Assembly: GCA_963740315.1 (NCBI GenBank)
Contig: CAVUDP010000001.1
Location: 1,590,126-1,654,125, forward strand
Reading direction: 5' to 3'
From: an uncultured cyanobacterium
GTDB lineage: Bacteria > Cyanobacteriota > Cyanobacteriia > Cyanobacteriales > Nostocaceae
Length of the DNA stretch: 64,000 nucleotides
Shown here: in pieces, positions 20,683-30,570 of the stretch
Layout: each line of letters starts with the position of its first letter
Position numbering within the stretch: position 1 is the first letter of the stretch
The notes under the pieces: generated by a model
The model's database searches: none
What the model was told of the DNA's origin: nothing
What the model saw: only the letters and a program-made list of their open reading frames with translations
Program-made: the position numbers and the translations under genes

Positions 20683-20702
20683 TAATTAAGGAGAGATAAA
20701 AA

Positions 20703-23290
20703 ATGAGCGAACGAACGCATAAAAAAAGCAATTGGTCATCAACAACACCACAACAAGATTCTGCATTGAAACTGCGTCGTTTTACCACGAAGGATGACAA
20801 AGACGAAGAAATACAACAATCCCCCGATATTAATCTTTCCAAATTTTCTCTTCCTACAAATTCTCCATTTCCTGACAGTAATGTTCAACGTCAAGAAATT
20901 GAGGGAGAGAAAGAAGAAGGGGAAGAAACTCCAGGAGCGCAATTACAATCGGATAAAACAACTTCTGAAGAACCAGAAGAAGAAATTCAAGCTAAAAGCG
21001 AAGAACCTAACCAAGAAATAGACGAACCTGTCCAAACTAAATTAACCGTCGGACAACCGGGGGATAAATACGAACAGGAAGCCGATACAGTTGCAGCCAA
21101 AGTAGTAGAACAGATTAACTCACCTCAAACAAATCAACCCGTACAAGGTAAAGTTGAGCCAGTTGTTAAACCAACGGTGATGCGTCAAGGTGGTGCTGCT
21201 GGAGGAGCAGTTAACCAAGATGTAGAGCAAAATATTCAACAGGCTCGCGGTAGCGGACAGGGGTTAGCAGAAAACGTTAGGCAGCCGATGGAGCAAGCAT
21301 TTGGCGCTGATTTTAGTGGCGTGAAAGTGCATACCGATGGGCAAGCAGATGTATTAAATCGTTCGTTGAATTCGCGGGCTTTTGCTACTGGGCAGGATAT
21401 ATTTTTTAAGCAGGGGGAGTATCAGCCAGGGAGTAAGCAGGGGCAGGAATTGTTGGCGCATGAGTTGACTCATGTGGTGCAGCAGGGAGGGTTGCACGTA
21501 TTCAGTGTGATGAATCTGGGGAAAAAAATCAATTATTAGATGATTTACACGATCCTAAAATATCTCAACAAGCTATTTTAAGAATCTTGCATAGCGGTGG
21601 AAACAAATCATCTCTTGAACATCCTGAAAATTATAAAAAAAATGTACCCCATCAATTATACTTAGCACTCTGGGATCTTTATAAAGCTGTTCACTGGGAA
21701 CCTACATTTGAAAGATCGGCTCATGAATGGGGGAAAATTGCTGTAGAACGTATAAAAAAATATAATCAAGCATTCGCAAACACTCCAATCTACGATCCTA
21801 ACTCGGAGCAATCTATTCGACTAAGAAAACCTACTTCTGATTTTGCTGGTAAAGTTGCTGAGACTTTGAATATGATTTTATCACCAGAATCCGCTTTTTC
21901 TAAATCAAATAATTCCTCTAAGCGAGAAGAAAGCTCAGAATTTTTTGGAAATGAAATTGATCCTGCTGTCAAACGTGCAAGAGCTAGATGGGGTAAACTT
22001 ACTAATATAGAAGTCAATGGAGTAAAGGTCGAAGTTTATGGAGCCACTCCTGAAAAACTAACTGTTATAAAGAATAGCCTCTCCGTACTTTATCCTCAGC
22101 ACATAAGTCAGGTTCCGAGAATAGTTGTTGGAGATAGAGTCGGTCCTATTGGTAGGGGAAAAATTAAGCATGGTGGTAATTCAGCAGCTCCTAGAGATAA
22201 CCGAGCATTACACCGACTTGAAATTACCAATTATGCTCTAGGTAAAAAACTCAAAAAAGTTGGTGATATTCAAATATGTTTCACACTTTTACATGAAGTA
22301 GGTCATTGGGTTGATTGGGGTTTGCGTATTTATCCGAGTAAGAGTCACGAACAGCAAACATTAGAAGAATGGTTCCAGACTCTAGATTATTCAGGAGTTA
22401 CCCAAGGTCGTGGTGAAAGAAGTGCAGAAGCTTATTGGCGTTATTTTACGAGAAACCTTCCCGAAGGAATTCAAACTATTCTTGAATCTAGTCCAGCTTG
22501 GCAAGTCTTGGAATCCGAGTCAGAAAGAGAAAAGATTAACTCTCCTGCCTCTAAGCAAACCATACAAAAACAAGTAGAACCTGTTGTGAAACCAGCGCTA
22601 ATGCATCAAGTACATCCAGAGATTAACATTACGGAAGGTACGACAGATGAACTTAAGCACGAATATCGACGACTTGTAATTGAGCACAATAAACTTGTAC
22701 GAGTAATACGACAAATACAACCACTACCAAACGGATTTCCACCAGAAAGTTTTTCAAAATCACAATATCCTTCGGAATACCATGAGTACTTACGTAAAAT
22801 AGATAAATATAAACATATTATTGAGAAGTTAGCAATCCGTATCCAAAATAGAGGAAATTCAACTTTAGCAGATTCCTCAATAAAGCTGCTTTTTGATGGT
22901 CAACAGCTTTCAGTTAAAGGAGGCAATAGTAAAAGCTTTCCTGCTGTTTCCGGCAAGCCAGAAAATGGTAAGTTTGATTTTTCTGTCAAACGTCAAAAAA
23001 TGGAAAAAATAGGTCCTATCCCAGAAGGAACTTATTGGCTAGATTCTTCAGAACTAAAGTCACTTTGGTACTACATTGGAAAAGCCGTAGAATCATGGGG
23101 AAGTCATAGAATTACTATCCATCCATTCCATTCGACCCACACTTTTGGAAGAGGAGGTTTTTTTATTCATGGCGGTACTATACCAGGTAGTGCTGGCTGT
23201 ATTGATTTAACTAGTCATATGGAAGAATTTGCAAACTTAGTTTCACAATACACAGAGTGTAAGATTATTTTAGAGGTTAAGTATCCTTAG
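20703..23290 (+). CDS. DUF4157 CIS effector: leader + DUF4157 + HExxH metallopeptidase-like domain + C-terminal DUF2778/Tlde1-like domain; one frameshift at ~21488-21491
   Basis: LAHELTHVVQQ ends DUF4157. The shifted frame continues VARIQCDESGEK... without a stop into ORF 21587..23290. LLHEVGH; GPIPEG.Y and RGGFFIHGGTIPGSAGCI. Confidence 0.8.
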
Positions 23291-23505
23291 CCGCAGATTA
23301 AGAAAACATTATGATACTTATTTAATTTGAGATTGGCTCTGTAATGTTGTGTTTCGCTATTGCTCAACCCAACCTACGAACGATCGCAATTTAACCCAAC
23401 CATAAATTAAGCAAAGCAAAACACAAAACTCAATAAAAACACTGCCCATAAAGATACCGAAAACTAATAAAATCAATTTGAGTAATTAATGAAGTACTCA
23501 AAGCA

Positions 23506-23976
23506 GTGAACCCAAACAAGGAATTTGACAAAACTAATTCTTCTGAATTTAGTTATCTATTCCGTGCCGATGATAATTATAAAATTGGCAATCCTGTAGG
23601 ATTTGAACTGGACGGTGAAGAAGCAATAGCAGCAGATATTCAAAATCCTTTGGTTCATGTTTTAGATAAAGAATCAGCACAGACAAGTAGGTATATATCT
23701 TTTTCAACCGCTATAGCAATTAAGGGTGGTGGTGGTTCTCAAAGATTTACCAAGAAGAATAAAATTCTCAAAGTTCCTTGGCAAGCACTTCAGCAATTAG
23801 AAACAGACGGTAAAATTAGGATATATACTCCTGAAGATGTTGCTGAGATAATTAGCCAAAATTCAAAGAAAAAAATCCGCAAGAAAGCTAATGATGTTAA
23901 AGCCGCTATGGAGAAAAATGGAGAGATTTTGATTGAAGGACAAATACCTGGAAACTTTATAGTTTGGGTAAAATAA
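23506..23976 (+). CDS. Putative ADP-ribosyltransferase-like toxin (R-S-E type)
   Basis: YLFRAD (Arg), YISFST (STS-like) and EKNGEILIE (Glu) in canonical order. Confidence 0.6.
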   Translation: MNPNKEFDKTNSSEFSYLFRADDNYKIGNPVGFELDGEEAIAADIQNPLVHVLDKESAQTSRYISFSTAIAIKGGGGSQRFTKKNKILKVPWQALQQLETDGKIRIYTPEDVAEIISQNSKKKIRKKANDVKAAMEKNGEILIEGQIPGNFIVWVK

Positions 23977-24012
23977 ATCTGTTTTAAAACTAAAATTACA
24001 CAATATTTTTTT

Positions 24013-24606
24013 ATGGACAAATTACAAACAGCAATATCAGAATTAAAAAGTAGCAACCCAGAAATTATAGAATTAGCATTAGATAAAATTGGAACTTTAA
24101 AACCCGATAATGCTTTAGAAATTATAGTTCCCTTCCTCCGCGATAGTAATCCAGAAATACGCGAAACAGCAGCTTGCAATTTAGGAGATATTAACGATAA
24201 TCGAAGCGTTGCTTATTTAATTGAATTAGTCAGACAAGACCCAGAAGAAAGCGTTCGTAGTGAAGCTTTATCAGCTTTAGATTCTTATCAAGAACCAGAA
24301 ATATTAAAGTGTCTCATTGATGAAGTTCGCCGGGAAAAGAAATCAAGAAGACCTAGACAAATAGTTGCCAAACAATTAAAAAAATATCATAGCGAGCAAT
24401 CAGTTGATGCATTAATTATTTTGCTTCTCCAAGACGAAGACGTTTACGTGCGTATTTTTGCTGCGGGTTCACTTTTGGAACTCAATCGTAATCGGCTTTA
24501 TCAAGTTTGGGAACAAGCTTTGAACGACGAAAGCACTTATATAAGAGAAATTGCGAATAAAGCTATTACTAATTTACAAAATTATGAAAATTTAAAACCC
24601 GCATAA
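24013..24606 (+). CDS. HEAT-repeat protein, candidate immunity protein
   Basis: Repeated D.NPEIRETAA.NLG, DPEESVRSEALSAL, DEDVYVRIFAA; directly downstream of the toxin-like gene. Confidence 0.75.
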   Translation: MDKLQTAISELKSSNPEIIELALDKIGTLKPDNALEIIVPFLRDSNPEIRETAACNLGDINDNRSVAYLIELVRQDPEESVRSEALSALDSYQEPEILKCLIDEVRREKKSRRPRQIVAKQLKKYHSEQSVDALIILLLQDEDVYVRIFAAGSLLELNRNRLYQVWEQALNDESTYIREIANKAITNLQNYENLKPA

Positions 24607-24750
24607 ATTAATCACATTAAATTCTCGACTCATTTTTGATTTCAATTGCTTTACTACGGATATTATCTCTTGCCTATCAAAATTTACTACAAATTAAAAA
24701 ATGATTTTGAGTCTTTTTAAACTAAATGGTAACTAGGGGAGTTCAAAACA

Positions 24751-27700
24751 ATGGGTGAAAAAGTAAACCAGAAAAATAGTTGGTCATCAAGTACAGCACA
24801 ACAAGATTCTGTATTTAAACTTCGTCGTTTTACCACAAATGATAAAAATGACGAAGAAATCCAAAAATTGCCCGAATCTCTCCACACTGATATTAATCCT
24901 TCCAAATTTTCTCTCCCTAAAACTCCCCCATTTCCTAGCGCTACCGTTCAACTTCAAGAACAAAATCAAGAAGAGAAAGAACCGGAAGAAAAACCGGAAA
25001 TAAATTTAAAATCGGATGCACCACCAACTGAAGAAGCAGAAGACGAAAGCAATTCTAAAGAACAAGATTCAGTTGTAAATTTAAAGCTAGATTTACTATC
25101 TACTAAAACTTCGGAAGAAGAAAAAGAAAATTTAGAATCAAATTCTATTCAAACTAAATTAACTATTGGTAAACCAGGGGATAAATACGAACAAGAAGCT
25201 GATGCGACAGCAGCCAAAGTTATGGCTATGTCAAATAAAGAAAGTGAAGAAATTCATCGACAATCCCATACAAATGTAGCCACGAAACCAAAAGTATTAA
25301 AATACTCTTCCTTATCGCTACAAGCTAAAGCTAATAAAATTTCCACTAGTCCCAATTTAGAAAGTCGTCTGGGAAGCTCGAAGGGTGGAGGTAGCCCTTT
25401 ACCTGATGATGTACGTGGTTTTATGGAGCCACGGTTTGGTTCTGATTTTGGTGACGTGCGGGTGCATACTGACTTGGGCGCGGTGCAGATGAATAAGGAG
25501 TTGGGAGCGCAAGCCTTTGCTCATGGTAATGATATTTACTATGGCGCGGGGAAGTCTCCCGGTAATAATGAGTTGACAGCCCATGAGTTGACCCATACGA
25601 TTCAGCAGACTGGGGGATTAAAGCTGAATAAGCAAGTTAGACCACAGGAAAAGGAAGAGGAAGATAGAAAACAACTGCAAACAAAAAAAATAATTGCTAA
25701 AACACCTGAAATTTCTTTATTTAAAGAAACGGCTTCTTCTCCACAATTAGAAGAGGAAGAACAAACACTCCAAGCTAAAGAATTAGCCTCGGAAACACCA
25801 GAGGTTTCCTTAAATAAAGAAACGTCTTCTGCTCCACAACCGGAAGAGGAAGAACAAATACTTCAAGCCAAAGAATTAAATGGTCAAATACCAGATATTT
25901 CTTTAAATAAAGAAACCACTTCTACCCTACAATCCGATGAGGAGGAGGAAGAACAAACAATCCAAGCCAAACAAATAAATGCTCAAACACCTGATATTTC
26001 CTTAAATAAGGAATTGCGAATCGCCTTTCTCCCAAGAGCAACCAACATTACTTCAAGCAAAAGAAATTCCTGGCGAAACCGTTGTAAATAAATTTACGCA
26101 AGGAGATACAGCCAAAGAGAACTTGGAATCAAGTCCATCTTCTCAACAAGGTTTTTTGTCTGGAATTAAAGGATTGGCTGAACGTGGACTTGGTTGGATA
26201 AGAAGTAGAGTTCTCGCACCGATGCGACGTTTGGCTGCACGGGGATGGAGTGGAGTTAAAAGTTTTGGGGGTAGAATTTCCACAGCATATCAGCAAGCTA
26301 ATCCCCAGATTTGGGATATTTTCCAGCCAGAGCATCTAATGTTCCGAATGGCGAGGAACCAAAGAACACAACTGTTTGCTCAAGCTATACAAGCAGAACA
26401 AAGCCAAAGAGCTATAGCCACAGATGGTAGTCAGTCCGGTGAAACCGCTCCCGTCAATGAACCAAGCCAGTTGCAACGATTAGACGGGATAGCGCAGACA
26501 ATAGAATCTGGTGCGGAAACATTCTTTAATATTCGTAAAGAATTAATAGAAGGTGCAGTTGTTGGTGATTTCAAAGAAAATCCCACAATCTGGAATACCA
26601 TCGGTCAAATTGGCATGGGTTTTGTTCCCTATGCCGGACAAGCTGCTGATGTTAGAGACTTAGTTGCTTCGGTTCAGAAACTTCACAAGAGCGGATATAA
26701 AGATCCTTGGGAATGGTTCAATCTTGTTCTAGTAGGTGTTGGTTTTATTCCTGGTATTGGTGATGCGATTAAAGCAGGTGGACGAGCTGCAAAAGGTGCT
26801 ATTCGTCGCAGTCTTACCAAAGTATTGACAAAAGCAGATAACTTCTTGCGACCAGTTTTAGGTAGAGCCAAGGGAATGCTCCAAGGTGCTTCTCGTCAAG
26901 GTAGACGATTTATGCAGTGGGCTTCTCGTCAGGGAACAAGATTACGCCGAGGGGTGAGACAGTTTGGGCAAAAAGCCGTCAACTTTTCCAGAACAGCCGG
27001 TCAACGAGCGCGAGGACTTGTCAATAGACTAAAAGGTAGAGTTAGGGGACTATTAGGTAACGCCAAGCAAACCGCTAATAATTCTATTGGTAGAGGACGA
27101 GGTTTATTAGGTCAAGCCCCCGGAAAGTTTCTCGGTATGGCTCAAAGTGCCTTTAACCAAGCCAAAAACCGCGTTTCTCAGGCTATGAAACAAGTTAAAG
27201 CTGCGATGCAACGCGGGAAAGGGATAGCCCAAAGGGTTCGGAGCAAAGTTGCTCAAGCTAGACAAAGAGCAACATCTTTGATGAGAAACTTTACTCAAAG
27301 CGCGATTCAAAAAGGAGGTAGTTTATTACAATCTGGGAGAAGATTGGCCAGTCAATTGAGAAATAAAGCTTCTCAAGTAGGGCGTAATTTAGTTCAAGGA
27401 GCGCGTCAACGAGTTGAAGGTTTGGTTCGTAATGGTGTGAAATTTGCTAAAGAGCGAGCTATTCCTTTTATTAAGCAGAAGTTGGGAGGGGTTAAGCATC
27501 GGGTTAAGGACTTTTTGCAGGATAGGTGGAATCGGCTGAAAGAAAGGTTGGGGATTGGGAAAGCTGGTAAAGAAGGAGCTGAACGTGGTGCTAAGGAAAG
27601 TGATAATGCTGCGAGAAAAGCTGCTGAATTACCGGCTGCAATTGCTAAAGCTAAAGCAATTACTGAATTTAACGATGCAGCTAATACGCCAGTTCCAGGT

Positions 27701-28162
27701 TTAATTGGAGCGTTAAATGTATCTGTTAAGTCTAAGTATCCTTGGATTAAGAGATTTGAAGCTCGTCCGAAGGGTAAACTTGGTCACTATTCGATTTACA
27801 TGATTGCTAGTGAGCATCCAATTGACGATGACTATAGTGATGATTATGATAATCATGTTAATAACATTGTCAGTAATCCTAAATCAATTTGGGGTAAATC
27901 GGCTGAGGATATAGCAGAAGAGTTTAGAGGTGCTGGATACGACGTTACAATTGAACAGAGTACAAGGGGCTCTAAACTATCGACGCAGATCAGAATTAAA
28001 GGACACCCAGAAATCACTAATATACAGTTTCATCCAGGCGGTGGAAGACATGTAGGCTCATACTATAAGATTTCCACATCTACTCAAGGGAAAATCAAAG
28101 TTGTAGATCCGTCTACTTACAAATCAGATCCTAGAGAAAAAGTAACCATTATCGAAATATAA
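24751..28162 (+). CDS. DUF4157 polymorphic-toxin effector (leader + DUF4157 + LQAKE repeats + pre-toxin TG-like region + basic helical region + C-terminal toxin); one frameshift at ~26012
   Basis: LTAHELTHTIQQ. The second frame is open from ~26012 and continues the repeat (EQPTLLQAKEIPGE). GFVPYAGQAADVRD and GFIPGIGDAIK pre-toxin motifs; C-terminal HPGGGRHVGSYYKIS. Confidence 0.8.
25672..26070 (+). repeat. About five imperfect ~30-aa repeats (LQAKEL...TPEISLNKE)
   Basis: Direct repeats visible in protein and DNA (CAAGC.AAAGAATT, TTTC.TTAAATAAAGAAAC). Confidence 0.8.
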
Positions 28163-28175
28163 CAGTCGGAGATTT

Positions 28176-28901
28176 ATGAATTCCATTATTAAAAAGATTG
28201 ATAGGGTATCAACAATTGAGGAGGCAACTAGATTAGAAGATGTGGGAGCAAATTTAATAGGTGTACCACTTTTTAAAAACCCAAGATTTAATGATGAGAA
28301 AATTGTTACCGAAGATATTGCAATTTCAATTAGACAAGCATTAAAAACTGCAAAAGTTGTTGGAGAAGTTATAGTAGGCAGAAATTTTTCAGAAACACTT
28401 AAACTAATTAGAAAAGTAGGTGTTGATTTTGTCCAACCAATAGAACATGAAATTCCTCCAAGGCAATTCAGAGATGAATTATTAAAAGATGGTATTGGTA
28501 TAATATATTCAAATATCGAAGCTACATATGATGATGATCCTTCTTGGATTTTAAGCCGATTCCTCAATGAAGCGGAACTAAATGCTTCATATTATCAAAT
28601 TGATTTGTTAGGAAATGTAGAAAATTCTTGGGAATTCTTAAAAGAAGAATGCCCTAGATATCCAGAAGAGTTGCAAATTAAAGATATAAATGATTTAGCT
28701 AAGGACAACTCTTTATTAATAACCTTAAATTATTCAACTGATAATATTTTAGAAATACTTGACTACTTGCCTAATATCAAAGGAATAAGCATGGTATTGG
28801 GAAATAAATGCCAAGAGAATGACATTAAATGCTTCGAGTTTACTACAGTGTTAAAAATTTTAAATAAATTGAAAAATCAAAAAATGGAAACTATTGCTTA
28901 G
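28176..28901 (+). CDS. TrpF (PRAI)-like TIM-barrel protein, candidate immunity protein
   Basis: KIDRVSTIEEATRLEDVGANLIGV and VGVDFVQ resemble the TrpF N-terminal half; starts 13 bp after the toxin stop. Confidence 0.55.
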   Translation: MNSIIKKIDRVSTIEEATRLEDVGANLIGVPLFKNPRFNDEKIVTEDIAISIRQALKTAKVVGEVIVGRNFSETLKLIRKVGVDFVQPIEHEIPPRQFRDELLKDGIGIIYSNIEATYDDDPSWILSRFLNEAELNASYYQIDLLGNVENSWEFLKEECPRYPEELQIKDINDLAKDNSLLITLNYSTDNILEILDYLPNIKGISMVLGNKCQENDIKCFEFTTVLKILNKLKNQKMETIA

Positions 28902-28922
28902 ATTTTTACAAGTAATTCATTA

Positions 28923-28994
28923 ATGCGTATTTTAATAATCCCCAGTTCTATCGGACTCTCCCACCTCACCCGTTTAATCCTTATTGCTCTATAA
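28923..28994 (+). pseudogene. N-terminal remnant of a GT-B (GT1/GT28-like) glycosyltransferase
   Basis: MRILIIPSSIGLSHLTRLILIAL* resembles the GT-B start (MRIL...GH..R...IA). Confidence 0.6.
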
Positions 28995-29015
28995 CTACAA
29001 CTTATCAAGGAGAAG

Positions 29016-29684
29016 TTGGGAGTGATGAAACATCAGGTTAAGGACTTTTTAGCAGCTAAGTGGAATGGGCTGAAAGAGAAACTTGGGATTAAGAAATCGA
29101 ATAAAAAAGGTTCTAGAGGAATTATTTCCGAATATCGAACTACTAGTGGACATACTATTAAAATTACTGGCGATGGGCGTATTTTTCGGTGTAGTAATTG
29201 TGAAGAACTAGAAACCTTTTACAAGAGTGTACTTGATAGTGATGAAGAACTCAGAAGATGGCTAGATAAAATTAAGCAAGATCCGACAAATCCAGAACTT
29301 TCTTCTCAATTAGTTAAACTTGAGGAAAGACTTGAAAATGTAGCTAAAGTTCAAAAGGGCATTTTTCCTAAACAAACCTCATATGGGGGTAATAAAAATA
29401 CTAAATTTAGAAAACATCAAAATGATATCCGAACAACTGCCGAGGAAATAGGAGTGGAAATACCAAAAGGAGTGAAGATAAAATCGGAAGAGTTCCAAAA
29501 ACCCGTTGAACAATTTATTGATGACATCGTGAAAACAGGAGAAACTCGTCAGATACCTTATAAAGAGTATACAAATGCTCTTTGGAGTCGCAAAGGAAAT
29601 GCAATTATTATACGTCAAGCTGATGGTACTTTCGTTACTTTTCTAAAGGCTTCTAGTGGAGGTGCAGCATTGCAATGGAAATAA
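29016..29684 (+). CDS. Orphan C-terminal toxin module (possibly RNase-like)
   Basis: N-terminus KHQVKDFLAAKWNGLKEKLGI is homologous to the pre-toxin junction of the upstream effector; distinct C-terminus (KFRKH...GNAIIIRQADGTFVTFLK). Confidence 0.7.
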   Translation: MGVMKHQVKDFLAAKWNGLKEKLGIKKSNKKGSRGIISEYRTTSGHTIKITGDGRIFRCSNCEELETFYKSVLDSDEELRRWLDKIKQDPTNPELSSQLVKLEERLENVAKVQKGIFPKQTSYGGNKNTKFRKHQNDIRTTAEEIGVEIPKGVKIKSEEFQKPVEQFIDDIVKTGETRQIPYKEYTNALWSRKGNAIIIRQADGTFVTFLKASSGGAALQWK

Positions 29685-30193
29685 GTAATACAAAACAAAG
29701 CTTAGTTAATGCTCTTTTGGGTAAAACAGTTGTATTAGTATCGAGAGTAGCTATCGAAGAAAATGATGATTGTGATGTGTTAACAGATTCTTTAGTCTTC
29801 ACTCTTGCTGATGGTAGCGAATTCCAGCTATTAACTCAACAAGCAGAAACTATTTTTAAAGAAATTAGTTCTGATAATAACTTATTTGTTGATTTTGAAT
29901 TAGAACCAAACGAAATACTAAAAAGTTATCCTATTGAACCAAAAACATTTAATCTTCCCTTCACAGTAGATAGTGCCACAGATATTTGGGCAAGTGAGGG
30001 GGATACAAAATTTTTAGTAGCTATTATTCTTTGGGATATTGATAAGCGAACAGTTTTACCAATCTGTACTGAAACTGATGAAATAGAGTTAATGACAATT
30101 GATAAATTAAGACAACGTATAGATAGAATGGTATTTTCTTATGGATGTGTTGAACAAAAATGGTACAAAGAGAAAATCTTGCAAATATCTTAG
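29675..30193 (+). CDS. Candidate immunity protein for the orphan toxin
   Basis: Acidic 172-aa ORF whose start overlaps the toxin stop. Confidence 0.6.
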   Translation: MEISNTKQSLVNALLGKTVVLVSRVAIEENDDCDVLTDSLVFTLADGSEFQLLTQQAETIFKEISSDNNLFVDFELEPNEILKSYPIEPKTFNLPFTVDSATDIWASEGDTKFLVAIILWDIDKRTVLPICTETDEIELMTIDKLRQRIDRMVFSYGCVEQKWYKEKILQIS

Positions 30194-30196
30194 TTC

Positions 30197-30560
30197 TTGA
30201 AGATATATAAGCAGATTTTAATAGCTAAATTTATACCCGGTTCGGAAATCATCAAACAATGCCAAGTAGTAATTAACTGCGGGGAAAACGGTACTACTTA
30301 TCAAGCTTTATCCCAAGGAATTTCAGCAGTGGTAATTCCTTTCAACAATGACCAAAATATTAATGCATGGCTAATAAAAAAACATAAATTAGGTATTCCT
30401 TTATCTCCCTCAGAACTCACAGGAAATCAATTAAAATTAGCTGTAGAAAAAAGTTGTCGAAGGTATTGAAATTAAAAAAAACTGCCACATTGCCAAGACT
30501 TATTAGCAAAAACTAACGCGCTCAAATCAGTTGCTCGCGAAATAATCTTATTTTTAACCA
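30197..30560 (+). pseudogene. C-terminal remnant of a GT-B glycosyltransferase
   Basis: FIPGSEII...VINCGENGTTYQALSQGISAVVIPFNNDQNINA matches the nucleotide-sugar-binding signature (HGG.GT..EAL..G.P....P...DQ..NA); frameshift near 30460. Confidence 0.75.
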
Positions 30561-30570
30561 TCACCGAAAC

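Noticed and set aside
28124..28567. 147-aa minus-strand ORF and similar antisense ORFs (e.g. 11115..11564, 23790..24179, 58376..58900)
   Set aside because: Shadows of well-supported genes on the opposite strand, with no recognisable motifs
28176..28901. Genuine trpF gene
   Set aside because: Catalytic and phosphate-binding motifs are not evident and there is no trp context, so no gene symbol was assigned
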